64,000 nucleotides of DNA, taken from IMG/VR virus record IMGVR_UViG_3300025280_000026, positions 19,588-83,587 of that record; one strand, given 5' to 3'. A program made the position numbers and the translations under genes. The notes beneath the pieces were generated by a model, which was given only the letters and a program-made list of their open reading frames with translations, did not search any database and was not told the DNA's origin. The DNA comes from a virus. Of this stretch, positions 56,571-64,000 are shown in pieces (the first letter of the stretch is position 1; every line of letters begins with the position of its first letter).

Positions 56571-58151
56571 ATGGCTAAGAGCTACGCGCAAGGCAAGGAA
56601 CTACGCGAGAAGATTCTGAAGGGTATCAATATATTGGCTGACAACGTTGCTTCAACCCTCGGCCCAAAAGGGAGAAATGTAATTCTCCATAAAAAAGGTT
56701 CGTCTCCGATGATTACCAAAGACGGAGTTACGGTTGCTAAGTTTGTTAAATTAGAAGATCCATTTGAAAATTTGGGCGCCCAGATTATTAAGCAAGCAGC
56801 ATCAAACACGAACATCTCTGCCGGTGATGGAACAACTACATCGACTGTGTTGGCCCGAGAGATGCTGTTTAAGGCACAGAAGTACATTGCCGCAGGGGCT
56901 AGCCCAATTGACCTCAAAAGAGGCATGGACAGGGCCACAAGTGTTATTATTGAAAAGCTATTAGCTTCCTCAAGACCGGTTAAATCTGAAGAAGATATCC
57001 GACATGTCGCGACATTATCTGCTAACGGCGACAAGACAATCGGTGATATGATCACAATGGCAGTTGATAAAATCGGTAAAGATGGCGCTGTCTCAATTGA
57101 AGAAGGCAAGTCGATGAATACCACTATAGATATTGTGGAAGGTTTCAGGTTTGATTCTGGATATTTTGCACAAGCGTTCGTAACCAACAAGAGAAAACAA
57201 TCGATTAAATACGATGACGTACTCCTTTTGGTTACGAACTATAAAATTGAGTTGTTGGAGGAGATATTGCCCACGTTGGAGGTTGTAGCACGTGAGGGCC
57301 GGCCCTTTATAATCGTCTCAGAGGAGGTAGAAGGCCAAGCGCTGGCTGCATTAATTATGAATACCGTTCGGGGTAGCATGAAAGTTGCTGCTGTAAAAGC
57401 CCCTAGATATGGTCAGGAGCGCAGAAATATCCTGGAGGATTTATGTATCTCCACTGGAGCTACTTTTATCAGCCGTGATTCTGGTATTAAGCTTAAAGAT
57501 GTGAAGCTGAAGCATTTAGGCTCGGCTAAGAAGATTGAGATTCTTAAGAATACCACTACCATTGTTGACGGCAAGGCAGACTGGGAAAAAGTGGAGGAGA
57601 GGATAGAAAGCTTAAAGGAAGAGATAAAACAAACTGAAGATCTAGTAGAATGTGAACGAATTCAAGAAAGAATCACACGTATGTCTAGCGGCGTGGCTAT
57701 AATCAGAGTGGGCGCCCCAACTGAAATCGAAATGATCGAAAAGAAACATCGCATTGAGGATGCCCTCGAAGCCGTGCGTTCTGCTCAACTTGAGGGCACA
57801 GTCCCCGGTGGCGGTGTGGCATTAGTCCGAATTGTACAGAGTTTAGACGTTGAAGTTGATAACGATGATCAAAGGCTAGGTGTTGAAATCATCAAACAAG
57901 CAGCTTATGCCCCGTTAAGACAAATGGCCTTAAATGCAGGAGAATCTTATGATTTGATACTGGCAGAAATTTTGGCCAATCCAGATGGCTTCGGATGGGA
58001 TTTTTCGAATAACACAATTGTTGATATGTACGAGCAGGGTATTATTGATCCTGCGAAGGTTACTCGCAGTGCTATACAGAATGCAACTTCGGTGGCTTCG
58101 ACTTTGATTACAACGAATCACGCGATTGTGGAGATGGCTGATGAAAGTTAA
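56571..58151 (+). CDS. groEL: Chaperonin GroEL lacking the GGM tail
   Basis: TLGPKGRNV, TKDGVTVA, AGDGTTT, VKAP.YG, PGGG and IIDPAKV. Confidence 0.96.
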   Translation: MAKSYAQGKELREKILKGINILADNVASTLGPKGRNVILHKKGSSPMITKDGVTVAKFVKLEDPFENLGAQIIKQAASNTNISAGDGTTTSTVLAREMLFKAQKYIAAGASPIDLKRGMDRATSVIIEKLLASSRPVKSEEDIRHVATLSANGDKTIGDMITMAVDKIGKDGAVSIEEGKSMNTTIDIVEGFRFDSGYFAQAFVTNKRKQSIKYDDVLLLVTNYKIELLEEILPTLEVVAREGRPFIIVSEEVEGQALAALIMNTVRGSMKVAAVKAPRYGQERRNILEDLCISTGATFISRDSGIKLKDVKLKHLGSAKKIEILKNTTTIVDGKADWEKVEERIESLKEEIKQTEDLVECERIQERITRMSSGVAIIRVGAPTEIEMIEKKHRIEDALEAVRSAQLEGTVPGGGVALVRIVQSLDVEVDNDDQRLGVEIIKQAAYAPLRQMALNAGESYDLILAEILANPDGFGWDFSNNTIVDMYEQGIIDPAKVTRSAIQNATSVASTLITTNHAIVEMADES

Positions 58152-58470
58152 AATAAGTTATTCCGTGGACATTGAGGAAATACCAGAAAAGGTTCATTGT
58201 ATTTTAGAGGAAGTTAAGAAGGAATTAACACACTTATCTGGTAGGATCCCTGCCGTCGTCAGCACGAATTTGCATGGCGAACAATATGTAGAATTAAGAC
58301 AAGAAATTGACCAAGTTAGAAAAAAACTTTTTATTGCTGATTCTAAACTAGAAGATAGTCTTTTAATATTGGACGATTGGAAACGTGTGACCTTGGCTTT
58401 AGAAGTTGAGAGAACGACATTGATTAACGAACCCAAGGAGGCAGAAAAAAATGTTGAAAACAGCGAATAA
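58141..58470 (+). CDS. Hypothetical coiled-coil protein
   Basis: ORF overlapping the groEL stop. Confidence 0.6.
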   Translation: MKVKISYSVDIEEIPEKVHCILEEVKKELTHLSGRIPAVVSTNLHGEQYVELRQEIDQVRKKLFIADSKLEDSLLILDDWKRVTLALEVERTTLINEPKEAEKNVENSE

Positions 58471-58702
58471 GGGAGATTTGGTTTATATTCCTTCGGAAGT
58501 GACAATATATCGATATTTCAGTACAGCGAGAGGAATTCAAGTAAAAGATTTCTGTAAATTAGAGGAACCTCGTCATTTTTTGGTTGTGGAATCCACATCC
58601 CGAGAAAAAGAAATTGGAATACATTGGGATGGTAGCACCTGGTATGTCGACCGAACGGATATTTTTGTAGAGGAGGATACTTTAAATGATACCGTTGACT
58701 GA
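58451..58702 (+). CDS. Hypothetical protein (SH3/KOW-like)
   Basis: KGDLVYIP; AAGGAGG Shine-Dalgarno. Confidence 0.6.
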   Translation: MLKTANKGDLVYIPSEVTIYRYFSTARGIQVKDFCKLEEPRHFLVVESTSREKEIGIHWDGSTWYVDRTDIFVEEDTLNDTVD

Positions 58703-58955
58703 AGTATATAAAACACAACAGCCGGGAAGCGATGAAAAAACATATTCTTTGCGGCAAGTGATGATCAGCCCACAACTCGTGTCTCTTATAAGGGAGGACG
58801 ACAAGATAGAAGACTGTTTTAAGAGAGGGTTGTTGCCTAAAAACTTAGATAAACGTCAAAAATTTTCAAAAATCCATCTTACTTCTCTAAATAACAGCAG
58901 CCTTACGGTTGTCGGAGATATGTTTTTAATATGTAAAAAGCTTCTAGGAGGATAA
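58686..58955 (+). CDS. Hypothetical protein
   Basis: GAGGAGG Shine-Dalgarno; operon-like overlap with neighbours. Confidence 0.6.
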   Translation: MIPLTEVYKTQQPGSDEKTYSLRQVMISPQLVSLIREDDKIEDCFKRGLLPKNLDKRQKFSKIHLTSLNNSSLTVVGDMFLICKKLLGG

Positions 58956-58956
58956 A

Positions 58957-59208
58957 ATGGAAAAATACTTATTGTTTATTATTGATGAATGTTCTTTCTG
59001 CACAAAAGCGGTCCTTCTATTGGAAAAACATTTTATAATTTATAAAACAGTTGACGTCACTGATGATTTGAATACCCGAGTTCAGATTAAAGAAGCGTTT
59101 GGATGGAACACTTTTCCTATTATTTTGAAGCAAGATAAAAATACGTTTAATTTGATAGGAGGATACACGGATTTAGAAAAATATGTGGGGGCTTATGACA
59201 CAAAGTGA
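58957..59208 (+). CDS. grx: Glutaredoxin
   Basis: CSFC, TFPII and IGGYTDL. Confidence 0.88.
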   Translation: MEKYLLFIIDECSFCTKAVLLLEKHFIIYKTVDVTDDLNTRVQIKEAFGWNTFPIILKQDKNTFNLIGGYTDLEKYVGAYDTK

Positions 59209-59539
59209 AGAATATTTCTCGATGCCAAGAGACAAAATAATATCTCATGTAAAAGAAAGTAGAAGAGAATTATCTGCATGCAAGCATTTAATAAAATATT
59301 TTTTACGGAAAGCCGCAGAAAATAGATGGTTATTGGCTGCAGTATGTGACGTCTACTCAGCAAATTATAAATTACTATCTGAGCTGAGCACACTGTTAGA
59401 ATATGCTAGTGACAAAGAACAAAATGTTGTGCTGATGACGAAGGAAGATCTTGCGATTGTTGAAACAATAATGATTGCCAGGCACTACACCACCCGCGAG
59501 TTACAGCTTCACGGGAATGTTTCCATATCAGTTCATTAA
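59195..59539 (+). CDS. Hypothetical protein
   Basis: ORF continuing the operon. Confidence 0.55.
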   Translation: MTQSEEYFSMPRDKIISHVKESRRELSACKHLIKYFLRKAAENRWLLAAVCDVYSANYKLLSELSTLLEYASDKEQNVVLMTKEDLAIVETIMIARHYTTRELQLHGNVSISVH

Positions 59540-59557
59540 AAAAAGTTGTTTTTTTTC

Positions 59558-59651
59558 TTGACTTAATGATTTTGGTGATTAAATTTGTTCTGGTGAAGGT
59601 TGCTGCACAGGATCTTCGCCACAAACTTGCTTAAAAAGGAGAAATATTATG
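59558..59651 (+). promoter_or_regulatory. Promoter plus ROSE-like RNA thermometer leader of the sHsp gene
   Basis: TTGACT-N16-TAAATT; 5' hairpin at 59591-59621; UUGCU at 59627-59631 can pair with the Shine-Dalgarno AAGGAG. Confidence 0.6.
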
Positions 59652-60083
59652 AACAACACTGCAATAAGTAATTATCGTACAAGCCTATTGGGTTGGAACG
59701 TTTTTGATGATATCTTTAATTCTATGCCCACAACGTGGATGAAGAGAACAACTGAGGGTTATCCGGTGGCCGACATTTACCGCGATGATGGGGGGGACAC
59801 TATTATGGAATTCGCACTCGCCGGCTTTCAGAAAGAAAATTTACATGTCGAAATACTCCCAGAAAAAAGGGAGATTCACGTAAGCTCAGACTCGCACGGT
59901 GATGAGGAGAAGCCAGGTTTTAACAGTCGTCGTATCGCACGCAGGACTTTTCATAAGACCTACGTCAACTACGACAATAATTTAGATCTAAGCGGCGCCA
60001 CAGCTGAGTTCAAAAATGGACTTTTGCGCTTGGTTTTACCGCAAAGGCCAGAGGCAGAAGCTCTAAGGGTTGAAATTAAATAA
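59649..60083 (+). CDS. Small heat shock protein (Hsp20/IbpA-like)
   Basis: YPVADI, EFALAGF, IARRTF and AEFKNGLLRL. Confidence 0.9.
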   Translation: MNNTAISNYRTSLLGWNVFDDIFNSMPTTWMKRTTEGYPVADIYRDDGGDTIMEFALAGFQKENLHVEILPEKREIHVSSDSHGDEEKPGFNSRRIARRTFHKTYVNYDNNLDLSGATAEFKNGLLRLVLPQRPEAEALRVEIK

Positions 60084-60104
60084 GTTTTTTGTTTTAATTT
60101 TGTT

Positions 60105-60134
60105 AAAAGCAGGGGATATCCCCTGCTTTTTTTT
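60105..60134. terminator. Bidirectional-type terminator
   Basis: Perfect palindrome AAAAGCAGGGGATATCCCCTGCTTTT followed by a T run. Confidence 0.85.
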
Positions 60135-60275
60135 ATAAATTAAAAAAATTGTAGCTAATTGAAATTATTAATATTTTTTTAAAAAAACTTGTTCTTTAAA
60201 AAAATGATTCTATATTTATTAATGAGGGTGTAAATTTTTTTACACACCAACTGCTCATTCCAGCGAGGGAAGTGT

Positions 60276-60935
60276 ATGCCTGTTATGCGAAAAGCTAACT
60301 ACATGCTAGTATTTGGCATGTGCAATTTACTTATTTACTTCCTTATCCAAAGTTACGTTTCCAATGAGTATAATTTCATGACCCCTCTGGACCGGTCAAT
60401 TCCATTTATGCCCGAGTTTGTTTGGATTTATCAAAGTTTATTACCAGTTATTGCTTTAACAATGGTACTTCTAGTTAAATCCAAACGGCTTTTTTTCAAT
60501 ACTTTTTGGGCATGTCTGCTGGCAACCTTCATAATACACATGTTTTGGATCTTTTTTCCTTCGTTTTATCCAAGGCCAGAGATCAACCCTGAAAGTTTAT
60601 CCGAAATAGTAGTACAAATGTCATATGATATAGACAATTCATCTAATACTTTCCCTTCCGGCCATGTGGCCTTCGCGTGGATAATGCTATTCGGAGCTAG
60701 AAAAAGCACGAAGGCAAAGGAAATTTTAGGTCTAAGTCGTTTATATTTTCTTTGGGCAGCCGGCGTTACATTATCAACTTTGGTAATCAAAATGCACTAT
60801 GTGGTTGATGTAATAGGCGGCCTCGCCGTAGCGACCTTTTGTTTTTATATAGTTGGGTGGTTGATTAGAAGATTTAACTGGTACCCAGTTGTGGACACTA
60901 GTTATCATAATGAAGACTTACAAAATAATAACTGA
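60276..60935 (+). CDS. PAP2-superfamily membrane phosphatase/phosphotransferase
   Basis: Multiple TM helices; NTFPSGH and KMHYVVD. Confidence 0.8.
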   Translation: MPVMRKANYMLVFGMCNLLIYFLIQSYVSNEYNFMTPLDRSIPFMPEFVWIYQSLLPVIALTMVLLVKSKRLFFNTFWACLLATFIIHMFWIFFPSFYPRPEINPESLSEIVVQMSYDIDNSSNTFPSGHVAFAWIMLFGARKSTKAKEILGLSRLYFLWAAGVTLSTLVIKMHYVVDVIGGLAVATFCFYIVGWLIRRFNWYPVVDTSYHNEDLQNNN

Positions 60936-61407
60936 TGAAAGAATACTAAGAAACCCTTGCAAACCGTGTGAAACCGTTAAAGAAGGAAACGACATCGGTC
61001 ACATATTAAAGGTTATGCTTGATAAAAGCACCGATGGCGTAGGCCTGGCTGCTAATCAGGTAGGCATACAAAAGAGTGTTTGTCTAATCAACGTTAAGGA
61101 GCCAATCGTTCTAGTTAATCCTGAGATTGTGGGCAAGTCTGGCAAATTTCTTTATAAGGAGGGTTGTCTTTCTTTTCCAGGTGAGTATATTATAACTGAG
61201 AGGTATAAAAACATCGTGGTGAAAACCGATAATCATAAAAATTTGATTACTTTCTCCTCTGAAACCAAAGAGGATATGTTAGAATGCGCATGCGTCCAAC
61301 ATGAAATTGATCATTTAAATGGTAAAACGATGTTCGACCGCGCGCCTCCGCTAGCATCGCGAAAAACTGCGGATTTATTAATAAAAGGTTTAAAAAATGG
61401 CAAATAA
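60910..61407 (+). CDS. def: Peptide deformylase
   Basis: GVGLAANQVG, EGCLS and QHEIDH. Confidence 0.94.
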   Translation: MKTYKIITDERILRNPCKPCETVKEGNDIGHILKVMLDKSTDGVGLAANQVGIQKSVCLINVKEPIVLVNPEIVGKSGKFLYKEGCLSFPGEYIITERYKNIVVKTDNHKNLITFSSETKEDMLECACVQHEIDHLNGKTMFDRAPPLASRKTADLLIKGLKNGK

Positions 61408-61567
61408 TTATTCAGGCGCGAAAAAGAAGAAGACGCGACAAGGTAATGGAAAATTTAGTAAAAAAACCCACTCCGGTGGAGAAACTTACACTGATCGCCA
61501 CCGACGCGGCTCAACTTCTAACAAATTTCATAGAAAAAAGAAGCCTTACCGAGGGCAGGGTCGTTGA
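61397..61567 (+). CDS. Small basic protein, 56 aa, ending in KPYRGQGR
   Basis: AAAGG upstream of ATG 61397, TGA 61565-61567; KKKKTRQG...YRGQG pattern. Confidence 0.65.
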   Translation: MANNYSGAKKKKTRQGNGKFSKKTHSGGETYTDRHRRGSTSNKFHRKKKPYRGQGR

Positions 61568-61707
61568 ACGACGAAAGACCATTTTTACAAATACCCTTGC
61601 CTCCGCCCGAAGAAGAGCGTAGGTTATACGAAGAATGGCTCCGTCGACAACAAAATGAAGAAGAAAAATTAGAGGAAGGCGAAGTAATTATTATTGACAT
61701 GTCATAA
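61564..61707 (+). CDS. Small acidic protein, 47 aa (RPFLQIPLPPP...VIIIDM)
   Basis: TTG start overlapping the upstream TGA, consistent with translational coupling. Confidence 0.5.
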   Translation: MNDERPFLQIPLPPPEEERRLYEEWLRRQQNEEEKLEEGEVIIIDMS

Positions 61708-61787
61708 TTACCTGCATGAAAGGTAAAACATTTGTCGTATTAAGCACCAAACCACTACTTAAAATGTAGTATACGGAGGCGGATTTG

Positions 61788-62111
61788 ATGGCTAATGAAG
61801 ATGGCTGGAGTGAGTATTCTAAACTTGTTTTAAAAGAACTTGAAACCTTGTCAAGAGGCATAGCGTCTCTAAACGAGGAAATTCAGGCACTTAAAAGCGA
61901 TATCACTGAGTTACGCTCCCGAGAAGATAAGATTAAAGAGTTACGCGATTGGAAGCAAAGGGTGGATGAAGTTGCTTCTCCAACCCAAATGAAATCATGG
62001 ATTAGGGAAATAGAACATCTTAAAACTTTTAAAACAAAGGCCATTACCATTTTCCTTGTGTTCCAGGGCGTCTTCGCACTTCTTTTTGCATTTGGCAAAT
62101 TTTTTGAATAG
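61788..62111 (+). CDS. Coiled-coil protein with a C-terminal TM helix (holin-like candidate)
   Basis: Late motif at 61754, GGAGG Shine-Dalgarno and a single C-terminal TM segment. Confidence 0.55.
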   Translation: MANEDGWSEYSKLVLKELETLSRGIASLNEEIQALKSDITELRSREDKIKELRDWKQRVDEVASPTQMKSWIREIEHLKTFKTKAITIFLVFQGVFALLFAFGKFFE

Positions 62112-62136
62112 ACAACTGGTGATGGGTGTTTATAAT
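62109..62136 (+). promoter_or_regulatory. Sigma70-like promoter for purA
   Basis: TAGACA-N16-TATAAT. Confidence 0.6.
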
Positions 62137-62158
62137 ATGTTTAGACGAAGGAGTCACA

Positions 62159-63160
62159 ATGCGAGCTGATATTGTTGTTGGCGTTCAAGCTGGTGATGAA
62201 GCAAAAGGTAAAGTAACACACCATTTGTGTAAAAATGGAACTTATACTCATGTCTTACGCTTCAACGGAGGTTGCAACGCTGGTCATACTATTTACCACG
62301 AAGGTAGAAAATTTGTTACGCACCACATTCCAGCAGGGGTTTTTTATGGTATTAAATCCATAATTGGTTCGGGATGTGTTGTAAGTGTAAAACAATTCTT
62401 TAGAGAATTAAAAGAAATTAAAGAAGGAGGAGTAGAAGTAGATGGAAAAGTTTTTATTGCTAGAAACGCTCATATCATTACTAGCGAGCATCTTGAACAA
62501 GATGGTAGAGATAGTTGTATCGGTACAACAAAGCGCGGAAACGGCCCTGCTTATCGCGACAAGTATAACCGCACAGGAATTTTAGCTGAACATCATCCCG
62601 ACTTAAAACCCTTTCTCGTTGATCTATATGAGGAGTTCCACGAAAAAGGCCCTGTTGAGATTTTGTGCGAAGGCGCCCAGGGATTTGATTTGGACATCGA
62701 CTGGGGAGATTATCCTTATGTCACATCCAGTCACTGTACCTCTGCCGGCGCCCTTCTGAACGCTATTCCGCCTGGTTGGATAAGGAATATTTGGGGCGTT
62801 GCAAAAATATATGAAACTTACGTCGGCGCAAAAGAGTTTGAGACAAATGATCCAGTTTTCCCTTTGCTAAGAGCATATGGTGAAGAATACGGTGCGACCA
62901 CCGGACGGCCTCGTCAATGCAATTGGCTTAACATAGATAAGTTGTCTAAGGCTCTTAGAATTAACGGCGTGAATAGATTGGTTATAAATAAAATGGATGT
63001 GATGAGAAAGTTGGGTCAATGGACACTAATTAAGAATGGGAAGGAAAAACATTTTGGAAGCGAGCTAGAAATCAAATCATTTCTGGCCAAACATCTTTCT
63101 AATCCTTCAGCTAAAAGCTCGCTGTTGCTGTATTTTTCAGGCAACAAACACTCTATCTAG
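62159..63160 (+). CDS. purA: Adenylosuccinate synthetase (short form)
   Basis: GDEAKGK, GGCNAGHT, IGTT.RGNGPAY, EGAQG, YPYVTSS and GATTGRPR. Confidence 0.9.
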   Translation: MRADIVVGVQAGDEAKGKVTHHLCKNGTYTHVLRFNGGCNAGHTIYHEGRKFVTHHIPAGVFYGIKSIIGSGCVVSVKQFFRELKEIKEGGVEVDGKVFIARNAHIITSEHLEQDGRDSCIGTTKRGNGPAYRDKYNRTGILAEHHPDLKPFLVDLYEEFHEKGPVEILCEGAQGFDLDIDWGDYPYVTSSHCTSAGALLNAIPPGWIRNIWGVAKIYETYVGAKEFETNDPVFPLLRAYGEEYGATTGRPRQCNWLNIDKLSKALRINGVNRLVINKMDVMRKLGQWTLIKNGKEKHFGSELEIKSFLAKHLSNPSAKSSLLLYFSGNKHSI

Positions 63161-63173
63161 GGAATTTAAATAA

Positions 63174-63335
63174 ATGAAGATTGTAATACCCGATCCGCAA
63201 TATTCTGCACTGCAGCAGGTGCTTAAGGAATTGTATCTCTTAAAAATAGGTTTGAAAAACGAGAACTATGAAAATTGTGCGAAAAAAATTGATCTAATTC
63301 GCTCTATGATCCAAGAAATCATTAACACAAAATAG
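63174..63335 (+). CDS. Small hypothetical protein, 53 aa
   Basis: ATG 63174 to TAG 63335. Confidence 0.45.
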   Translation: MKIVIPDPQYSALQQVLKELYLLKIGLKNENYENCAKKIDLIRSMIQEIINTK

Positions 63336-63363
63336 TTGACTATTGTATAATAGTGTTTATATT
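63336..63363 (+). promoter_or_regulatory. Sigma70-like promoter of the tRNA cluster
   Basis: TTGACT-N16-TATATT. Confidence 0.65.
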
Positions 63364-63379
63364 ACCATTAAATCAGAAT

Positions 63380-63456
<77 letters not shown>

Positions 63457-63475
63457 TAATAAAAGGAGAAATACA

Positions 63476-63649
63476 ATGGCTGAATCAAGAATTACAAATA
63501 AAGAATTACAGGCTCAAGTTCAAAGCTTGAACACAAGGCTAGGCAAAATGGTCGATGACTTTTATGTTTTGAAAGAAGACATTGGTCAATTCAAGGCCGC
63601 CGTGGCTGATGATATACGCAAAGTCCTTAAAATTACCAATAAAAAATAA
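63476..63649 (+). CDS. Small coiled-coil protein, 57 aa
   Basis: AAGGAG Shine-Dalgarno with ATG 63476, between tRNA genes. Confidence 0.6.
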   Translation: MAESRITNKELQAQVQSLNTRLGKMVDDFYVLKEDIGQFKAAVADDIRKVLKITNKK

Positions 63650-63650
63650 A

Positions 63651-63723
63651 GGGCTTGTAGCTCAATGGTTAGAGCTACCGGCTCATAACCGGTAGGTTCC
63701 TGGTTCGAGTCCAGGCGGGCCCA
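63651..63723 (+). tRNA. tRNA with CAT anticodon (likely Ile2, lysidine type; Met possible), no encoded CCA
   Basis: Anticodon arm ACCGG-CTCATAA-CCGGT; acceptor stem GGGCTTG/CGGGCCC. Confidence 0.88.
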
Positions 63724-63730
63724 CTAACTT

Positions 63731-63803
63731 GCTGATGTAGCTCAACTGGTAGAGCAGCTGATTTGTAATCAGCAGGTTGTAGGTTCAAGTCCTGTCATCA
63801 GCT
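63731..63803 (+). tRNA. tRNA-Thr(TGT), no encoded CCA
   Basis: Anticodon arm GCTGA-TTTGTAA-TCAGC; acceptor stem GCTGATG/CATCAGC. Confidence 0.9.
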
Positions 63804-63814
63804 TAGGAATATTA

Positions 63815-63849
63815 ACCGAAGTGGTGGAATTGGCATACACAAGAGACTT
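63815..63849 (+). pseudogene. Orphan 5' half of a tRNA-Leu ending at the anticodon loop
   Basis: ACCGAAGTGGTGGAATTGGCATACACAAGAGACTT; no T arm or acceptor 3' strand follows. Confidence 0.65.
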
Positions 63850-63904
63850 TATTTATAAAGCGTTATGCAAAATCTAGCATTGAAATATAATCTAAATGAG
63901 TTAT

Positions 63905-63990
63905 GCGGGTATGGCGGAATTGGTATACGCAAGGCACTTAAAATGCCTCGATCTTTGATCATGCCGGTTCGAGTCCGGCTACCCGTACCA
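63905..63990 (+). tRNA. tRNA-Leu(TAA) with encoded CCA
   Basis: Anticodon arm AGGCA-CTTAAAA-TGCCT, long variable arm, GTTCGAGTC and terminal ACCA. Confidence 0.93.
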
Positions 63991-64000
63991 TATATTAAGG

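Noticed and set aside
56582-57190. Long minus-strand ORFs (also 8339-8926, 9719-10321, 24951-25466 and others)
   Set aside because: They are antisense shadows of well-supported + strand genes, with no recognisable motifs or ribosome-binding sites
62159-63160. PurZ (2-aminoadenine, Z-genome) pathway
   Set aside because: The catalytic Asp is retained (GDEAKG rather than GSxxKG) along with TTGRPR, which fits PurA; no datZ- or mazZ-like neighbours are seen
44320-63160. Bacterial chromosome or prophage-flanking host DNA (cysK, groEL, purA, dnaE)
   Set aside because: The genes are interleaved with phage genes on one strand, share the phage promoter motifs and lack bacterial operon context; no integrase or att site is seen

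Overview
This 64-kb window is a segment of a large, AT-rich, tailed dsDNA myovirus-like phage with T4-like or large-phage gene content. Essentially all genes lie on the + strand and use the standard genetic code. Positions 1-29.9 kb hold the virion module: terminase, portal, prohead protease, ribosomal protein bS21, scaffold, major capsid, neck, tail sheath and tube, a chaperone pair with a likely frameshift, tape measure and baseplate. Positions 29.9-48.7 kb hold replication and recombination genes: a minimal family A polymerase, a tubulin/FtsZ-like GTPase, gp32-type SSB, a repeat-flanked ParB/AIPR-like gene, RecA, a 5'-3' exonuclease, DnaB, class II RNR and DnaE. The remainder carries nucleotide, sulfur and proteostasis auxiliary genes (cysK, dut, a Dam-type methylase, IMPDH/GMP reductase, clpP, groES/groEL, glutaredoxin, sHsp, PAP2, def, purA), an amidase endolysin and the start of a tRNA cluster. 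The most notable observations are: (i) a mini-PolA/tubulin/SSB/ParB-like/RecA locus with a duplicated ~33-bp palindromic element; (ii) a late-promoter motif ACTAHTTA that also marks scattered genes with capsid-targeting-like N-termini, including an SLT-SGNH fusion and a nuclease-like protein; (iii) a ROSE-like RNA thermometer upstream of the sHsp; (iv) sigma70-like promoters with a recurring 16-bp spacer, plus a stand-alone sigma region-4 protein; (v) an orphan 5' half of tRNA-Leu broken at U34; and (vi) strong enrichment of GGCGCC. All calls come from reading motifs by eye; no database searches were run.
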